DNA from: Gemmatimonadota bacterium
Lineage (GTDB): Bacteria > Latescibacterota > UBA2968 > UBA8231
Direction: 5' to 3'
Assembly: GCA_038128265.1 (NCBI GenBank)
Contig: JAYPJE010000018.1
Coordinates: forward strand, 1 to 64,000
Length of the DNA stretch: 64,000 nucleotides
The translations under genes were made by a program, and so were the position numbers. This document shows, piece by piece, positions 53,886 to 62,446 of this stretch. The notes under the pieces were generated by a model. The model had not been told where the DNA came from. It searched no databases and worked only from the letters and a program-made list of their open reading frames with translations. Positions within the stretch are counted from its first letter, which is position 1. Each line of letters opens with the position of its first letter.

Positions 53886-56392
53886 TAATACACCAGGTGC
53901 AGCAGGCGGATCGTGGCGGTGCCATCGGCGTCGCTGTCCGTTGCCAAGTGAATGCGCAGCACGTATAGGCCCGGCGGCATGATGCGCCCGCCGTCGTCGC
54001 GACCATCCCAAGAAAACACGTGCTCACCGCTGGGAAAGGAGCGCAGCACGCTCAAGTCGCGCACGCGCTGGCCCGCCAAGTTGAGCACTTCGACGCCGAG
54101 CTTTTTCTCTCGCTCTAGGTGGTACACCGTAATCCGAATATCGGTCCGATCGTTGATGCCGTCGCCGTTGGGCGTAATCACGCTGGGCTCAACCTGCACA
54201 TTTTCAAGCAGCGAATTGTCCTGCAGGCGCGACGTGACCGACAGGCTCTGCGTGGCTACAACCTCTGTAGCATCACCGCCAACTACGTCCTGCACCAGTC
54301 CTGGCTGCGCGGCGTTTTGCAGCTGTGCGCTAAAGACCGTGCTCTGCAGAAAAACGCGCGTGCGGAAGCGGAAGGCGTATACCTGATTGCCGCGCACGAC
54401 CGGCTCGGGAAAGCGCACCACGACCGAGCCTTCTTCGCCGCGCGACACCTCGAGATCCCCATCGGGCCACAGGCGCGTGCCCGCGCCAAAGCGCAGACCG
54501 CTATCGCTGCCAACCAGCACCTCACTGAGTTCAAGCGGTTCCGAAGACGTAGAGCGCAGGACAATCTGATCGAAGCCCGGATTATCGGGCCCAAAGATGG
54601 GGCGCACATAGAGGGTGAAGCTCTCGTCGACTCCCGGCTCTACACCGCCGGTGGGAAAGATTTCACCAAAGGCCGTATCGACCAGCGGCGGCACAAAATG
54701 CAAGCGCAGGGAGCGCAGCCAGGCGCGCTGCAGCGGTTCGCGCGACAGCAGGCGCACCTGCACCTTAACCAGCGGGCGCGGTGCCGGCGATTTAAACGCC
54801 TCGCCGGACTCCGTATAGGGCTGACTCCAATTGCTCCAATCCGGACCCGTTATCTCTTCAAATACGGGCGGTGGACGCGGCGTCTGCTCCGTATCGGGCA
54901 GGCGCCGCCACAGATCCTCGGAAATTTCGCGGCCGTTCATCGTGAAGTAGTGCGGCTCCAGCGTGACCTTCTCACCGGTGCGCGTGCGCACTTCAATGCG
55001 CGTATTGGGCGGCGCTTCGCCGTCCCAGGTCACGCGGTTAAACAGGCGCGATCGGTCCAACTGGATAAAGGGCGATTCCATGGTGATCTCGGAGACGTAG
55101 CCCTCTCCGTAGGCTTGGATCTCGCTCAGACGCCCCTTTTCAAAGTTCGAGCCGCTAAACTCGAGCTGACGAAACTCGATGTAGCGCACCTCTTGGCGCG
55201 GAAAGGCCTCTTCGACGTGCAGCAGGCGCTCGAGGTTGCGGCGCTCGTCAAAGGTCGTCCAGACGAAGTTTCCGTTGGCGTCAACCGAACCATCGGAGAT
55301 GCGCACCTGATAGGCGAAGGGCGGTCGATCGGGGCTGAGCAGTTTGATGCGATCCAGCCAGTACTTGGCCCCCAAATCAATCTCAACTTGGTTTTCATCC
55401 TGCACCGCATCGTAGAACAGCATGTCTTTGTTGGTGGCAAAGAGACCGTCGGTAAAGGTGCGAAAGAGCAGAAAGTCGTACTGACCGATGGCCAGCGCCT
55501 CGCGCTCGCGCTCGGCCTGCGTAATAGCGATGATATTCTCTCCAAGGGCGAATACCTCTACTTCGCTGAGGCGCGGCCGCTCGCGCCGATAGTAGCGCAC
55601 GGGACCGCGCTCTTCTTCGGCCAAATCGGCGTAGGTATTTTCGCTGACGGCAATGAGGCGACCGCTTGAAGTCTGCAAGAAATAGTCAACGTCGCCGCGA
55701 TCTTCTTCAGGCAGCAGGTCGAACTGTTCGCGAGTTATTTCTTCGGCGCGGCCGCCGGCCGTAGCCAGCACGTCGATGCGCACCTTTTGCACGATAGCGC
55801 CTTCAATGCCGGGCGCCACCTTGCGCTGTGGCGTCAGCTCAAAGGTAAACTCGCGCTGGCCGGATAGATTGCGCACCAGGCCAACTCGCGCAAAGATCTC
55901 GCTAGCGCGACCGGCCGCCGCCAACCCGTCGGAGGTAAGCACGCGAAACTGGCGAAAGGGATCGCCCTGTCCCTCGTCGACAAAGCGCACGACAATGCGC
56001 TCGACGATCAGCGTGCGCTGCAGGTCGACCTCAAAGGTCCACGTAGAGATGTCGTCCGTCCCATTGGGTTCCCAGTAGGTCTCCGAGTTGCCGTCCACGG
56101 CGAGCATGGCCTGTTCTGGATTGCTATTGGCCACCGCCACGGCGATAACAGAGTCGTCTTCGGCGCTGTAGACGGCGTTGACGTGGCCGCGCAGCAGGCG
56201 CGGGATAACCGTGCCGTCCGCCCGTATAATGCGCGCACCCGTGGGCGCCTCCCATGCCCGCCAGTGGTCCGGCGTTTCAATGAGCACGCGGTCGTCCAAC
56301 ACGTCGTAGCCGAGCAGCACTTCTTCCTCTTCTTGGGCGCTCAGAGGCAGGGTGCAGAGGGCGACAAATATGTATGTAAGTAGTTGATTCAA
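53885..56392 (-). CDS. Cassette B gene 1: secreted double discoidin-like protein with FlgD-Ig/CHU_C-like CTD
   Basis: TTG start, signal peptide ending PLSA|Q. 'AVDGNSETYWEP', 'IDLGAKYWLDRIKLLSP', 'ITPNGDGIND...WDGRD...PGLY'. Paralog of 7207-9702. Confidence 0.8.
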   Translation of the reverse strand: MNQLLTYIFVALCTLPLSAQEEEEVLLGYDVLDDRVLIETPDHWRAWEAPTGARIIRADGTVIPRLLRGHVNAVYSAEDDSVIAVAVANSNPEQAMLAVDGNSETYWEPNGTDDISTWTFEVDLQRTLIVERIVVRFVDEGQGDPFRQFRVLTSDGLAAAGRASEIFARVGLVRNLSGQREFTFELTPQRKVAPGIEGAIVQKVRIDVLATAGGRAEEITREQFDLLPEEDRGDVDYFLQTSSGRLIAVSENTYADLAEEERGPVRYYRRERPRLSEVEVFALGENIIAITQAEREREALAIGQYDFLLFRTFTDGLFATNKDMLFYDAVQDENQVEIDLGAKYWLDRIKLLSPDRPPFAYQVRISDGSVDANGNFVWTTFDERRNLERLLHVEEAFPRQEVRYIEFRQLEFSGSNFEKGRLSEIQAYGEGYVSEITMESPFIQLDRSRLFNRVTWDGEAPPNTRIEVRTRTGEKVTLEPHYFTMNGREISEDLWRRLPDTEQTPRPPPVFEEITGPDWSNWSQPYTESGEAFKSPAPRPLVKVQVRLLSREPLQRAWLRSLRLHFVPPLVDTAFGEIFPTGGVEPGVDESFTLYVRPIFGPDNPGFDQIVLRSTSSEPLELSEVLVGSDSGLRFGAGTRLWPDGDLEVSRGEEGSVVVRFPEPVVRGNQVYAFRFRTRVFLQSTVFSAQLQNAAQPGLVQDVVGGDATEVVATQSLSVTSRLQDNSLLENVQVEPSVITPNGDGINDRTDIRITVYHLEREKKLGVEVLNLAGQRVRDLSVLRSFPSGEHVFSWDGRDDGGRIMPPGLYVLRIHLATDSDADGTATIRLLHLVY

Positions 56393-56571
56393 TGAATTTT
56401 ACAGTTTTTTCAATTAGGCGATGATCTATAAAAAAAGACACAATATGAACCCGTGCAAATGCAAAAGGGCTTTTATATAGACGAACGGAAACGTGCGCGG
56501 GGGAGCCCTTCAACAGGATGGGCGCACGCGCTGGCTACTTGGGCATGGCCAAAGACCGATGGACTACCGCG

Positions 56572-56600
56572 TTGACATGCGCACGACTAGATGCTACCTT
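56572..56600 (+). promoter_or_regulatory. Sigma70-type promoter upstream of the RNA methyltransferase gene
   Basis: Perfect TTGACA (56572-56577), 17-bp spacer ending in TGc, then TACCTT (56595-56600). Confidence 0.6.
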
Positions 56601-56661
56601 GCCCGCCCCGTAGTCCGATCAGTTGTGCTATCCACCGCTCCATCGCACGCAGCAGAGCACT

Positions 56662-57636
56662 ATGAGCAGTCAAAAGTCCCCAGAGGGTCTGCCGGATGCG
56701 TTTGCACAGCGGCTGCGCCGCATCGTGCCGGAGACGCATTTTGCAGCCTGCTGGGCGAGCTTTGCCCGCCCTATGGCCACCGCCTTCCGCGTCAATCGGC
56801 TCAAGGCGAACGTCGATGCGGTGGACGCCGAACTGGCGCGGGCCGGCTTCTCACTCCGGCCGCTGAGTTGGAAGGCCGACGCCTTCTCCATTCCAGACGA
56901 ACAGCGACGCGCGCTGACGGAAAGCGCGGCCTTTGCCGAAGGGCGCCTCTACATACAGAATCCATCCAGCATGATTCCTCCCATCGCGCTCGACCCGCAG
57001 CCGGGCGAAGAGGTGCTCGATCTAGCCGCAGCACCGGGTGGCAAAACCCTCCACATGGCGGAGATGATGAATAATCGGGGACGCATCGGCGCGGTGGAAG
57101 CCGTGCGCAAGCGCTTTTTCCGCCTGCGCGACAATCTGCAGCGCGGCGGAGCCGAAATCGTGCAGACCTATCTCAAGGACGGCGCGTCGGTTTGGCGCCA
57201 GTGTCCAGAGCGCTTTGATCGCGTGCTATTGGATGCGCCCTGTTCGGGCGAGGGCCTGTTTCAGCTTGCGAACCCACAGAGCTTTGCCTATTGGAGCGAA
57301 AAAAAAATCGCCGAAATGGCGCGCAAACAGCGCAGATTGCTCTACTCGGCCATCCAGTCGCTCAAACCGGGCGGCGCGCTGGTCTATTCAACCTGCACCT
57401 TCGCCCCGGAGGAAAACGAGATGGTCGTCCAGCATGCGCTGGAGCAATTTGGCAGCGCATTGGAAGTGGCCGATATCGAGGTGGATATCAACGCCATGCA
57501 GCCCGGTTTGACGGCGTGGCAGAAAGCGGCATTCGACACGTCGTTGCAGCGCGCGCGCCGCATCGTCCCGGACGGCGTAATGGAGGGCTTTTTCATCTGC
57601 AAACTGCAGAAAAAAACATCGACGCTCGGCGCCTAA
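56662..57636 (+). CDS. RsmB/NOP2-family RNA m5C methyltransferase (RsmF-like catalytic core)
   Basis: 'YIQNPSSM', 'VLDLAAAPGGKT', 'LLDAPCSGEG', 'LVYSTCT..PEENE', 'EGFFIC'. Confidence 0.93.
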   Translation: MSSQKSPEGLPDAFAQRLRRIVPETHFAACWASFARPMATAFRVNRLKANVDAVDAELARAGFSLRPLSWKADAFSIPDEQRRALTESAAFAEGRLYIQNPSSMIPPIALDPQPGEEVLDLAAAPGGKTLHMAEMMNNRGRIGAVEAVRKRFFRLRDNLQRGGAEIVQTYLKDGASVWRQCPERFDRVLLDAPCSGEGLFQLANPQSFAYWSEKKIAEMARKQRRLLYSAIQSLKPGGALVYSTCTFAPEENEMVVQHALEQFGSALEVADIEVDINAMQPGLTAWQKAAFDTSLQRARRIVPDGVMEGFFICKLQKKTSTLGA

Positions 57637-57663
57637 CGCACCCCGTACGCAGGAGGGTTTGAC

Positions 57664-59778
57664 CTACGGGCGCACGACGCCATCCCACTCAACGCCCGCA
57701 TACAGCGACCGGCCCGCCGCTGGCTCAAAAAAGCGATTGCCAAAGGCATTAGCGACAATCGACCCGCTGTAGGCCGTATCAAATGCATTGTCCATACCGA
57801 AAAAGAGCCGGGCCGCACCCCGCCGCCAGCCCAGACGTAGATCGACGCGCGCATAGCCCTCGTTAATAAAGTCGGCACGGGCAGCGGCGCTGCCGGGCGG
57901 CGGTCCGTTGTAGTCGTTGGCAAAGTAATCGGACACCCACTCGAGCTCTACCCCCAAGAACGCCGAGCGCAGCGGGTAGGTTTGCACGGACAAAAACGCG
58001 CGATGTGGCGGCAAACCCGGCACCTGATTGTCAGCCAGCTGCACGCCGTCGAGCAGGTAGTCTACAAAGCGATAGTGGCTATACGTGTAGGCCAACTGCA
58101 TATCGACGCGCGCCGATGGGGTGGCGCTCAGCGCGATCTCGACGCCGCGGTTCTGCGTGCGACCGGCATTGCGAAAGTAGACTTCCTCACTGGCGCTGTC
58201 CTCCACCTGAAAGGAGATCAGCATATCGCGTATATCCAGCTGGTAGAGCGCCAGCTCGACATCAATCGGCCAGCGCGGATGGCGGGCGCGCAGACCGCCT
58301 TCTATACTGCCTATGTGCTCGGGATCGAGCGCGGGGTTGAATCCGCCGAGTCCGTCGGCGCGATTGCTGAGTTCACTGGTCGTCGGCGTTTGAAAAGCGG
58401 TAGCCACGTTCGCATATAGGGCCAGCAGGGGATGCGGGCGGTAACGCGCGCCGACAAATGGACTAAATTGACCGAACGCACGCGTGCCCGAATCATCGCC
58501 GTCATCTAAAAATCGATCGCGCGCCGAAAAGGTGTAGCGATCGTAGCGACCGCTCGCGCTGACGGTCCACGCGCTCCCCAGCGCGAAGTCCAGCGAGAGA
58601 AAAGGTCCGGCGCTGCGCACCTGTTCGAACTGGTCCAACTGACGCGCACCGTACTGAATGCGCGCAAATACATCGCCGTCTTTCACTCGCCCAACGTCGC
58701 CCTCGGCCAAACCATCGTTTTTAAACTCGTCGCGCTGGTCGCGCTGCCAGTCGGCATCGAAGCCACCGGTGTAGCGCAGGCGATCCCGGCGGCCGCTGCG
58801 CACGTAGCGCAGACCGCCGCCGCTGCGCTCTAATTCGACGATGCGCCCCGGAATCGGATTGTGTAACGCCCGGCCAAGACCGTATAGCACTAGCTGCGAA
58901 CGATCGCCCGATGCGTGCTGGTAGCGCAGCGAAAAACCGCCCTGAGTCTGACGCACCTTCTTGGATGCACCCTGGCTAACCACATAGGAGCGCACACTGC
59001 GCGGTGCCGCGTTGGCGGTCGCCCGATCCAGCGAACTCGGATTGAATAGGTAGGGCGCATCGTGCGCGTTGAGCAACAGCCCAAGCTCTAAGCGCATTCC
59101 TATTTGGCGATGGACCAGAGCGCTCAGACCGCGCATTTGTCCATAGGCGTGCTCGCGATAGCCATCGCTTTGCAGGGCGTGCATGCCAATGTAATAGCGA
59201 TGGGCTGCTCCGCGACCGGCCGCCTGCACCTGCAGACGACTCAGCCCATCGCTGCCCATCATAAGGCGCGTCGCCATACGCAGCGCCGCATCGGCCGGCT
59301 GCCGCGTGCGGATCGACAGCAGGCCGCCGCTGGCGTTGCCGTAGAGCGCCGAGCTTGGACCACGCAGAATTTCAATCCGTCCAATGGAGCCCATATCGAG
59401 GTTGTTGAGCTGCGTCTGACCATCGGCTGTTGTCAGCGGAATCCCATCGAGCACGACCTTCATACCGCGCACGCCAAAGGCGGCGCGCACGCCCAGGCCG
59501 CGCGCGCTGATGCGGTCGCCCTGCGAAAGGTTGTGGCGATTATCGACGGAAATACCGGGCACACCGCGCAGCACGTCTTCGAGCGAAGTTGACGGACGCG
59601 GCGCGCCCAGCGTATCGGCGTCGACCACGCTCAGCGCGTAGGGCAGGTCTACGGCCGGGCGCGCGCTGCGCGTCGCGTTGACGATCGTCGTTGGAAAGGC
59701 ATAGCGCACCGAGTCGGACTGCGCTAACACCGATGCGCTCCACAGCAGAACAATGAGCGGCGTGTACCATACGGACAT
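57664..59778 (-). CDS. TonB-dependent receptor, YncD/PqqU-like
   Basis: Signal peptide ending VLA|Q. Plug 'RG.G.RAAFGVRG.KVVLDGIPLT.ADGQ', 'IEILRGPSSALYGNASGG'. C-terminal 'YSGSIVAN..GNRFFEPAAGR'. Confidence 0.88.
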   Translation of the reverse strand: MSVWYTPLIVLLWSASVLAQSDSVRYAFPTTIVNATRSARPAVDLPYALSVVDADTLGAPRPSTSLEDVLRGVPGISVDNRHNLSQGDRISARGLGVRAAFGVRGMKVVLDGIPLTTADGQTQLNNLDMGSIGRIEILRGPSSALYGNASGGLLSIRTRQPADAALRMATRLMMGSDGLSRLQVQAAGRGAAHRYYIGMHALQSDGYREHAYGQMRGLSALVHRQIGMRLELGLLLNAHDAPYLFNPSSLDRATANAAPRSVRSYVVSQGASKKVRQTQGGFSLRYQHASGDRSQLVLYGLGRALHNPIPGRIVELERSGGGLRYVRSGRRDRLRYTGGFDADWQRDQRDEFKNDGLAEGDVGRVKDGDVFARIQYGARQLDQFEQVRSAGPFLSLDFALGSAWTVSASGRYDRYTFSARDRFLDDGDDSGTRAFGQFSPFVGARYRPHPLLALYANVATAFQTPTTSELSNRADGLGGFNPALDPEHIGSIEGGLRARHPRWPIDVELALYQLDIRDMLISFQVEDSASEEVYFRNAGRTQNRGVEIALSATPSARVDMQLAYTYSHYRFVDYLLDGVQLADNQVPGLPPHRAFLSVQTYPLRSAFLGVELEWVSDYFANDYNGPPPGSAAARADFINEGYARVDLRLGWRRGAARLFFGMDNAFDTAYSGSIVANAFGNRFFEPAAGRSLYAGVEWDGVVRP

Positions 59779-59863
59779 GGAACAGTATCGTTTCGTTTCG
59801 GCGCGCATACCTAGCTCGCGCACGCGGTAGAAGAAAGAGCAGGGGCGCGCACAAGCGCCCCAT

Positions 59864-60556
59864 TTACCTCAGCGAGCCACCGCCGTAAATAAAGTAGTCG
59901 GGGCTGCGCTGAAAATCGCAAGAAAAGCCCAGCGCGTGCAGGCGAGCGGCCAGATCGTCGGGCTCGTAGTATATTTTGACAATCTGGTAGGTGCGACCGT
60001 CGTTGAGTTTGCGCCCCTGCACCGTCGCCTCGCGTCCCCGCAGCACGTGGTTGCGAGCGGTAGTCGTCGGGTTGTAGAGCGAATCGATAAGAAAGAAGCG
60101 ACCACCGTCTCTTAGCGCAGAGCGCACCGTGTGCCAAAACGCATCAAAGCGATCGGCCGGCACGTGCGAAAGCCAAAACGAAAAAAAGACGACGTCGTAG
60201 CGGCAGTCGGGGTCCCAGCTAAATATATCGGCCTGCTGGTAGACTACGTGGTCGGGCGCACCGAGACGCTGGCGATTGATAGCAATAACCTCTTGCGACG
60301 AATCGACGGCCAGCAGGCGATCGGCATGGCGCGCTAGATGCTGACTCCACAGGCCCGTGCCGCAGGCCAGTTCCAGCACGTCGCCGCGCGGTGCAAAAGC
60401 GTCGAGCGCACTGCGCACGAGTTCGGCGTCGGCAAACCAACGGTTGTTCAGTTCGGGACCGTGATCATAGCGCCCCTGGCGCAGAAACCACTCGTCGTAC
60501 TCACCGGCGCGCGCGCGGTAGTAGTCAACCTGATCGCGTATAATGTCTTCGGACAT
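59864..60556 (-). CDS. Class I SAM-dependent methyltransferase
   Basis: 'VLELACGTG', 'YDVVFFSFWLSHVP', N-terminal 'YYRARAGEYDEW'. Confidence 0.9.
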   Translation of the reverse strand: MSEDIIRDQVDYYRARAGEYDEWFLRQGRYDHGPELNNRWFADAELVRSALDAFAPRGDVLELACGTGLWSQHLARHADRLLAVDSSQEVIAINRQRLGAPDHVVYQQADIFSWDPDCRYDVVFFSFWLSHVPADRFDAFWHTVRSALRDGGRFFLIDSLYNPTTTARNHVLRGREATVQGRKLNDGRTYQIVKIYYEPDDLAARLHALGFSCDFQRSPDYFIYGGGSLR

Positions 60557-60583
60557 GGGGACAGCCGCCGCAGGGAGCGACGC

Positions 60584-60940
60584 CTACTGCTCTCCGTTCG
60601 GAGGTTGAGCGGTGTCGAGCAGCGCTTCGCGCAGTAGCTGCACGTTAGCGACCAGCAGAGCGAGCACGCCGGCTCCCGTGCACAGCGTTAGCGCGGACAC
60701 ATAGCCGTGCTCTGTAGTGCGCAGCAGCAAACCAACAACCAGCGCTCCAACGAGCAAAACCATACTCGCGTACAGCCCTAAAACGGCGCTACGACACAGC
60801 AGCGCGCGGCGCTGTAGCACAGCGTCGCCTCCGCGTAGGGTATCCTCCAGCGCGCGGCAGCGCCGACGCGTCGAAACGGTCAGCACGGCCACAGCGGCGG
60901 CCAGTAGCAGCGGCGTGAGCCAGATCGTAGCTTCATGCAT
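60584..60940 (-). CDS. Small membrane protein (DUF2721-like)
   Basis: Three hydrophobic segments with a 'TPLLL..V..L...T..R' and 'L.RRA.L.R.A...LY' pattern. Confidence 0.55.
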   Translation of the reverse strand: MHEATIWLTPLLLAAAVAVLTVSTRRRCRALEDTLRGGDAVLQRRALLCRSAVLGLYASMVLLVGALVVGLLLRTTEHGYVSALTLCTGAGVLALLVANVQLLREALLDTAQPPNGEQ

Positions 60941-60988
60941 ATGTCAAAAATGCACAGCAGGCATAACCTGCGCAAACGGGAGATTACC

Positions 60989-61468
60989 TTGCGTATAGGA
61001 AGAACGGCACGGGCGCTGGCGCGCACATGCGCACTGGGCGCGCTGGCACTGGGCTGCAGCCTAGCGGGAGACGCTACGCGTCCGCGCGACATCGAGCGCA
61101 CGAGCGAAGTCAGCTACCAGGAGGTCGAGGCTGGTTTGGAAGGGATCGTGCGCATTGACAGCCTAACGTGGGTGCCCCTGCTGCCCTTTCCACTGGCCAA
61201 TGGGAGCTTTGAAGTGCCCGGTGCCTTTGCCGCCGTCTTTCGCAACGAGGGCAGCCAGCCCGTTCACGTGCGCTACGACCTGCGCTTCTTCGATGAGGAA
61301 GACGCGCTAGTCGATGCCTTTATTCCCTTTGGCCAACCGGTTGCTCTGTCTCCCGGCGAGCGCCGTGCAGTCCAGGGGGAATTCCTCGTGCGCACGAGCG
61401 ATATCTATCAGAGCGAACACCTAGCCCTAATGCGACTCGTGGCGCGCGTGCGCCATCCAGAAGAATGA
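60989..61468 (+). CDS. Hypothetical lipoprotein
   Basis: Likely TTG start with GGGAG RBS, lipobox LALGC, beta-rich body ('FRNEG..PV.VRYDLRFFD...V.LSPGE'). Confidence 0.6.
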   Translation: MRIGRTARALARTCALGALALGCSLAGDATRPRDIERTSEVSYQEVEAGLEGIVRIDSLTWVPLLPFPLANGSFEVPGAFAAVFRNEGSQPVHVRYDLRFFDEEDALVDAFIPFGQPVALSPGERRAVQGEFLVRTSDIYQSEHLALMRLVARVRHPEE

Positions 61469-61485
61469 CCCCTTGGACGACTGGC

Positions 61486-62340
61486 TCAAGCGGCATTCAG
61501 GCGAAAGAGGGGCACGGCCGCTTCCGATCGCTGGCGCAGCACGGCGATTTCCGCTTCGTCTACTGGGCGAAACTGGGCGGCAATATCGAGCGCCATATCA
61601 AAGAATTTGACTTCGCCCGGTGGAATGGCAGCGGTAATCGGCTGCGATAGCGTGAAGCGCAGCGCCAGATCGGCCAGTTCGCGATCGTCGATCGGGTGGT
61701 ACCAGCACTTGTTGTATTTCTTCTCTTCGCCCTCGGCTATCTTGCCGTAGGCCAGCGCCTTCAGCGCCAGGCGGGCCGCGCCCGTCTCTTCGGCTTTGGC
61801 GACCACTTGGGGACCGAAATCTGCCTGAAAATAGTGCGTCCAGTTAAGCGGAAAGAGCACGGAATCAAAGGAGAAATAATCGAGCAGTTGCACGGCGATT
61901 TCTGCCGAGTGCGCGGAAAAGCCGATATAGCGGATCAGGCCCTTGTCGCGCGCTTCAACCAAAAAGGGCAGCGCTCCGTCGGCCGCCGTGGCCGCATCAA
62001 CATCTTCCTGCGTCGTCATCGCGTGCAGCTGGTATAGATCAAAGTGTTTGCTGCGCATATGCTCCAGCGACTGCATCATTTCGCGCTCGGCCCCCTCGCG
62101 GCTGCGCTCGGTGGTTTTACACGCGAGGAAAACGTCGTTGCGATAGGGTGCCAAAGCCGGGCCCAAACATTCTTCGGCATTGCCATATGAAGGCGCCACA
62201 TCAAAGTAGTTGATGCCGTGATCCACAGCTCGTGAGACGAGCCGACTAGCCTCATCGGCCTCGGTGTTGGTGACCAGAATGCCGCCAAAGCCAATAATCG
62301 AGAGATCGATCCCCGTTTTGCCGTAGGGGCGCTTTTGCAT
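61486..62340 (-). CDS. Aldo/keto reductase
   Basis: 'R.YGKTG..LSIIGFG', 'GINYFDVAPSYG', 'FLACK', 'DLYQLH', 'IRYIGFSAH'. Start at ATG 62340. Confidence 0.93.
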   Translation of the reverse strand: MQKRPYGKTGIDLSIIGFGGILVTNTEADEASRLVSRAVDHGINYFDVAPSYGNAEECLGPALAPYRNDVFLACKTTERSREGAEREMMQSLEHMRSKHFDLYQLHAMTTQEDVDAATAADGALPFLVEARDKGLIRYIGFSAHSAEIAVQLLDYFSFDSVLFPLNWTHYFQADFGPQVVAKAEETGAARLALKALAYGKIAEGEEKKYNKCWYHPIDDRELADLALRFTLSQPITAAIPPGEVKFFDMALDIAAQFRPVDEAEIAVLRQRSEAAVPLFRLNAA

Positions 62341-62446
62341 ATCGCTGCTCCTGTTGTGGTGTGTGGCCAGAATATATTGATTAGCGCATAGCACACCAAA
62401 CGGAGCGCGTCCTAGCGCAACGGAGAAAGGCACGTGAGAAAGCCAT

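Noticed and set aside
54119..55669. 516-aa ORF on + strand
   Set aside because: Fully antisense to cassette gene B1, which has a clear paralog. No recognisable motifs, and such ORFs are expected in GC-rich DNA.
7207..56392. Possibility that cassettes A and B are an assembly duplication or the arms of a mobile element
   Set aside because: The paralogs differ by many substitutions and indels and in gene number. No transposase, integrase or terminal repeats were seen.
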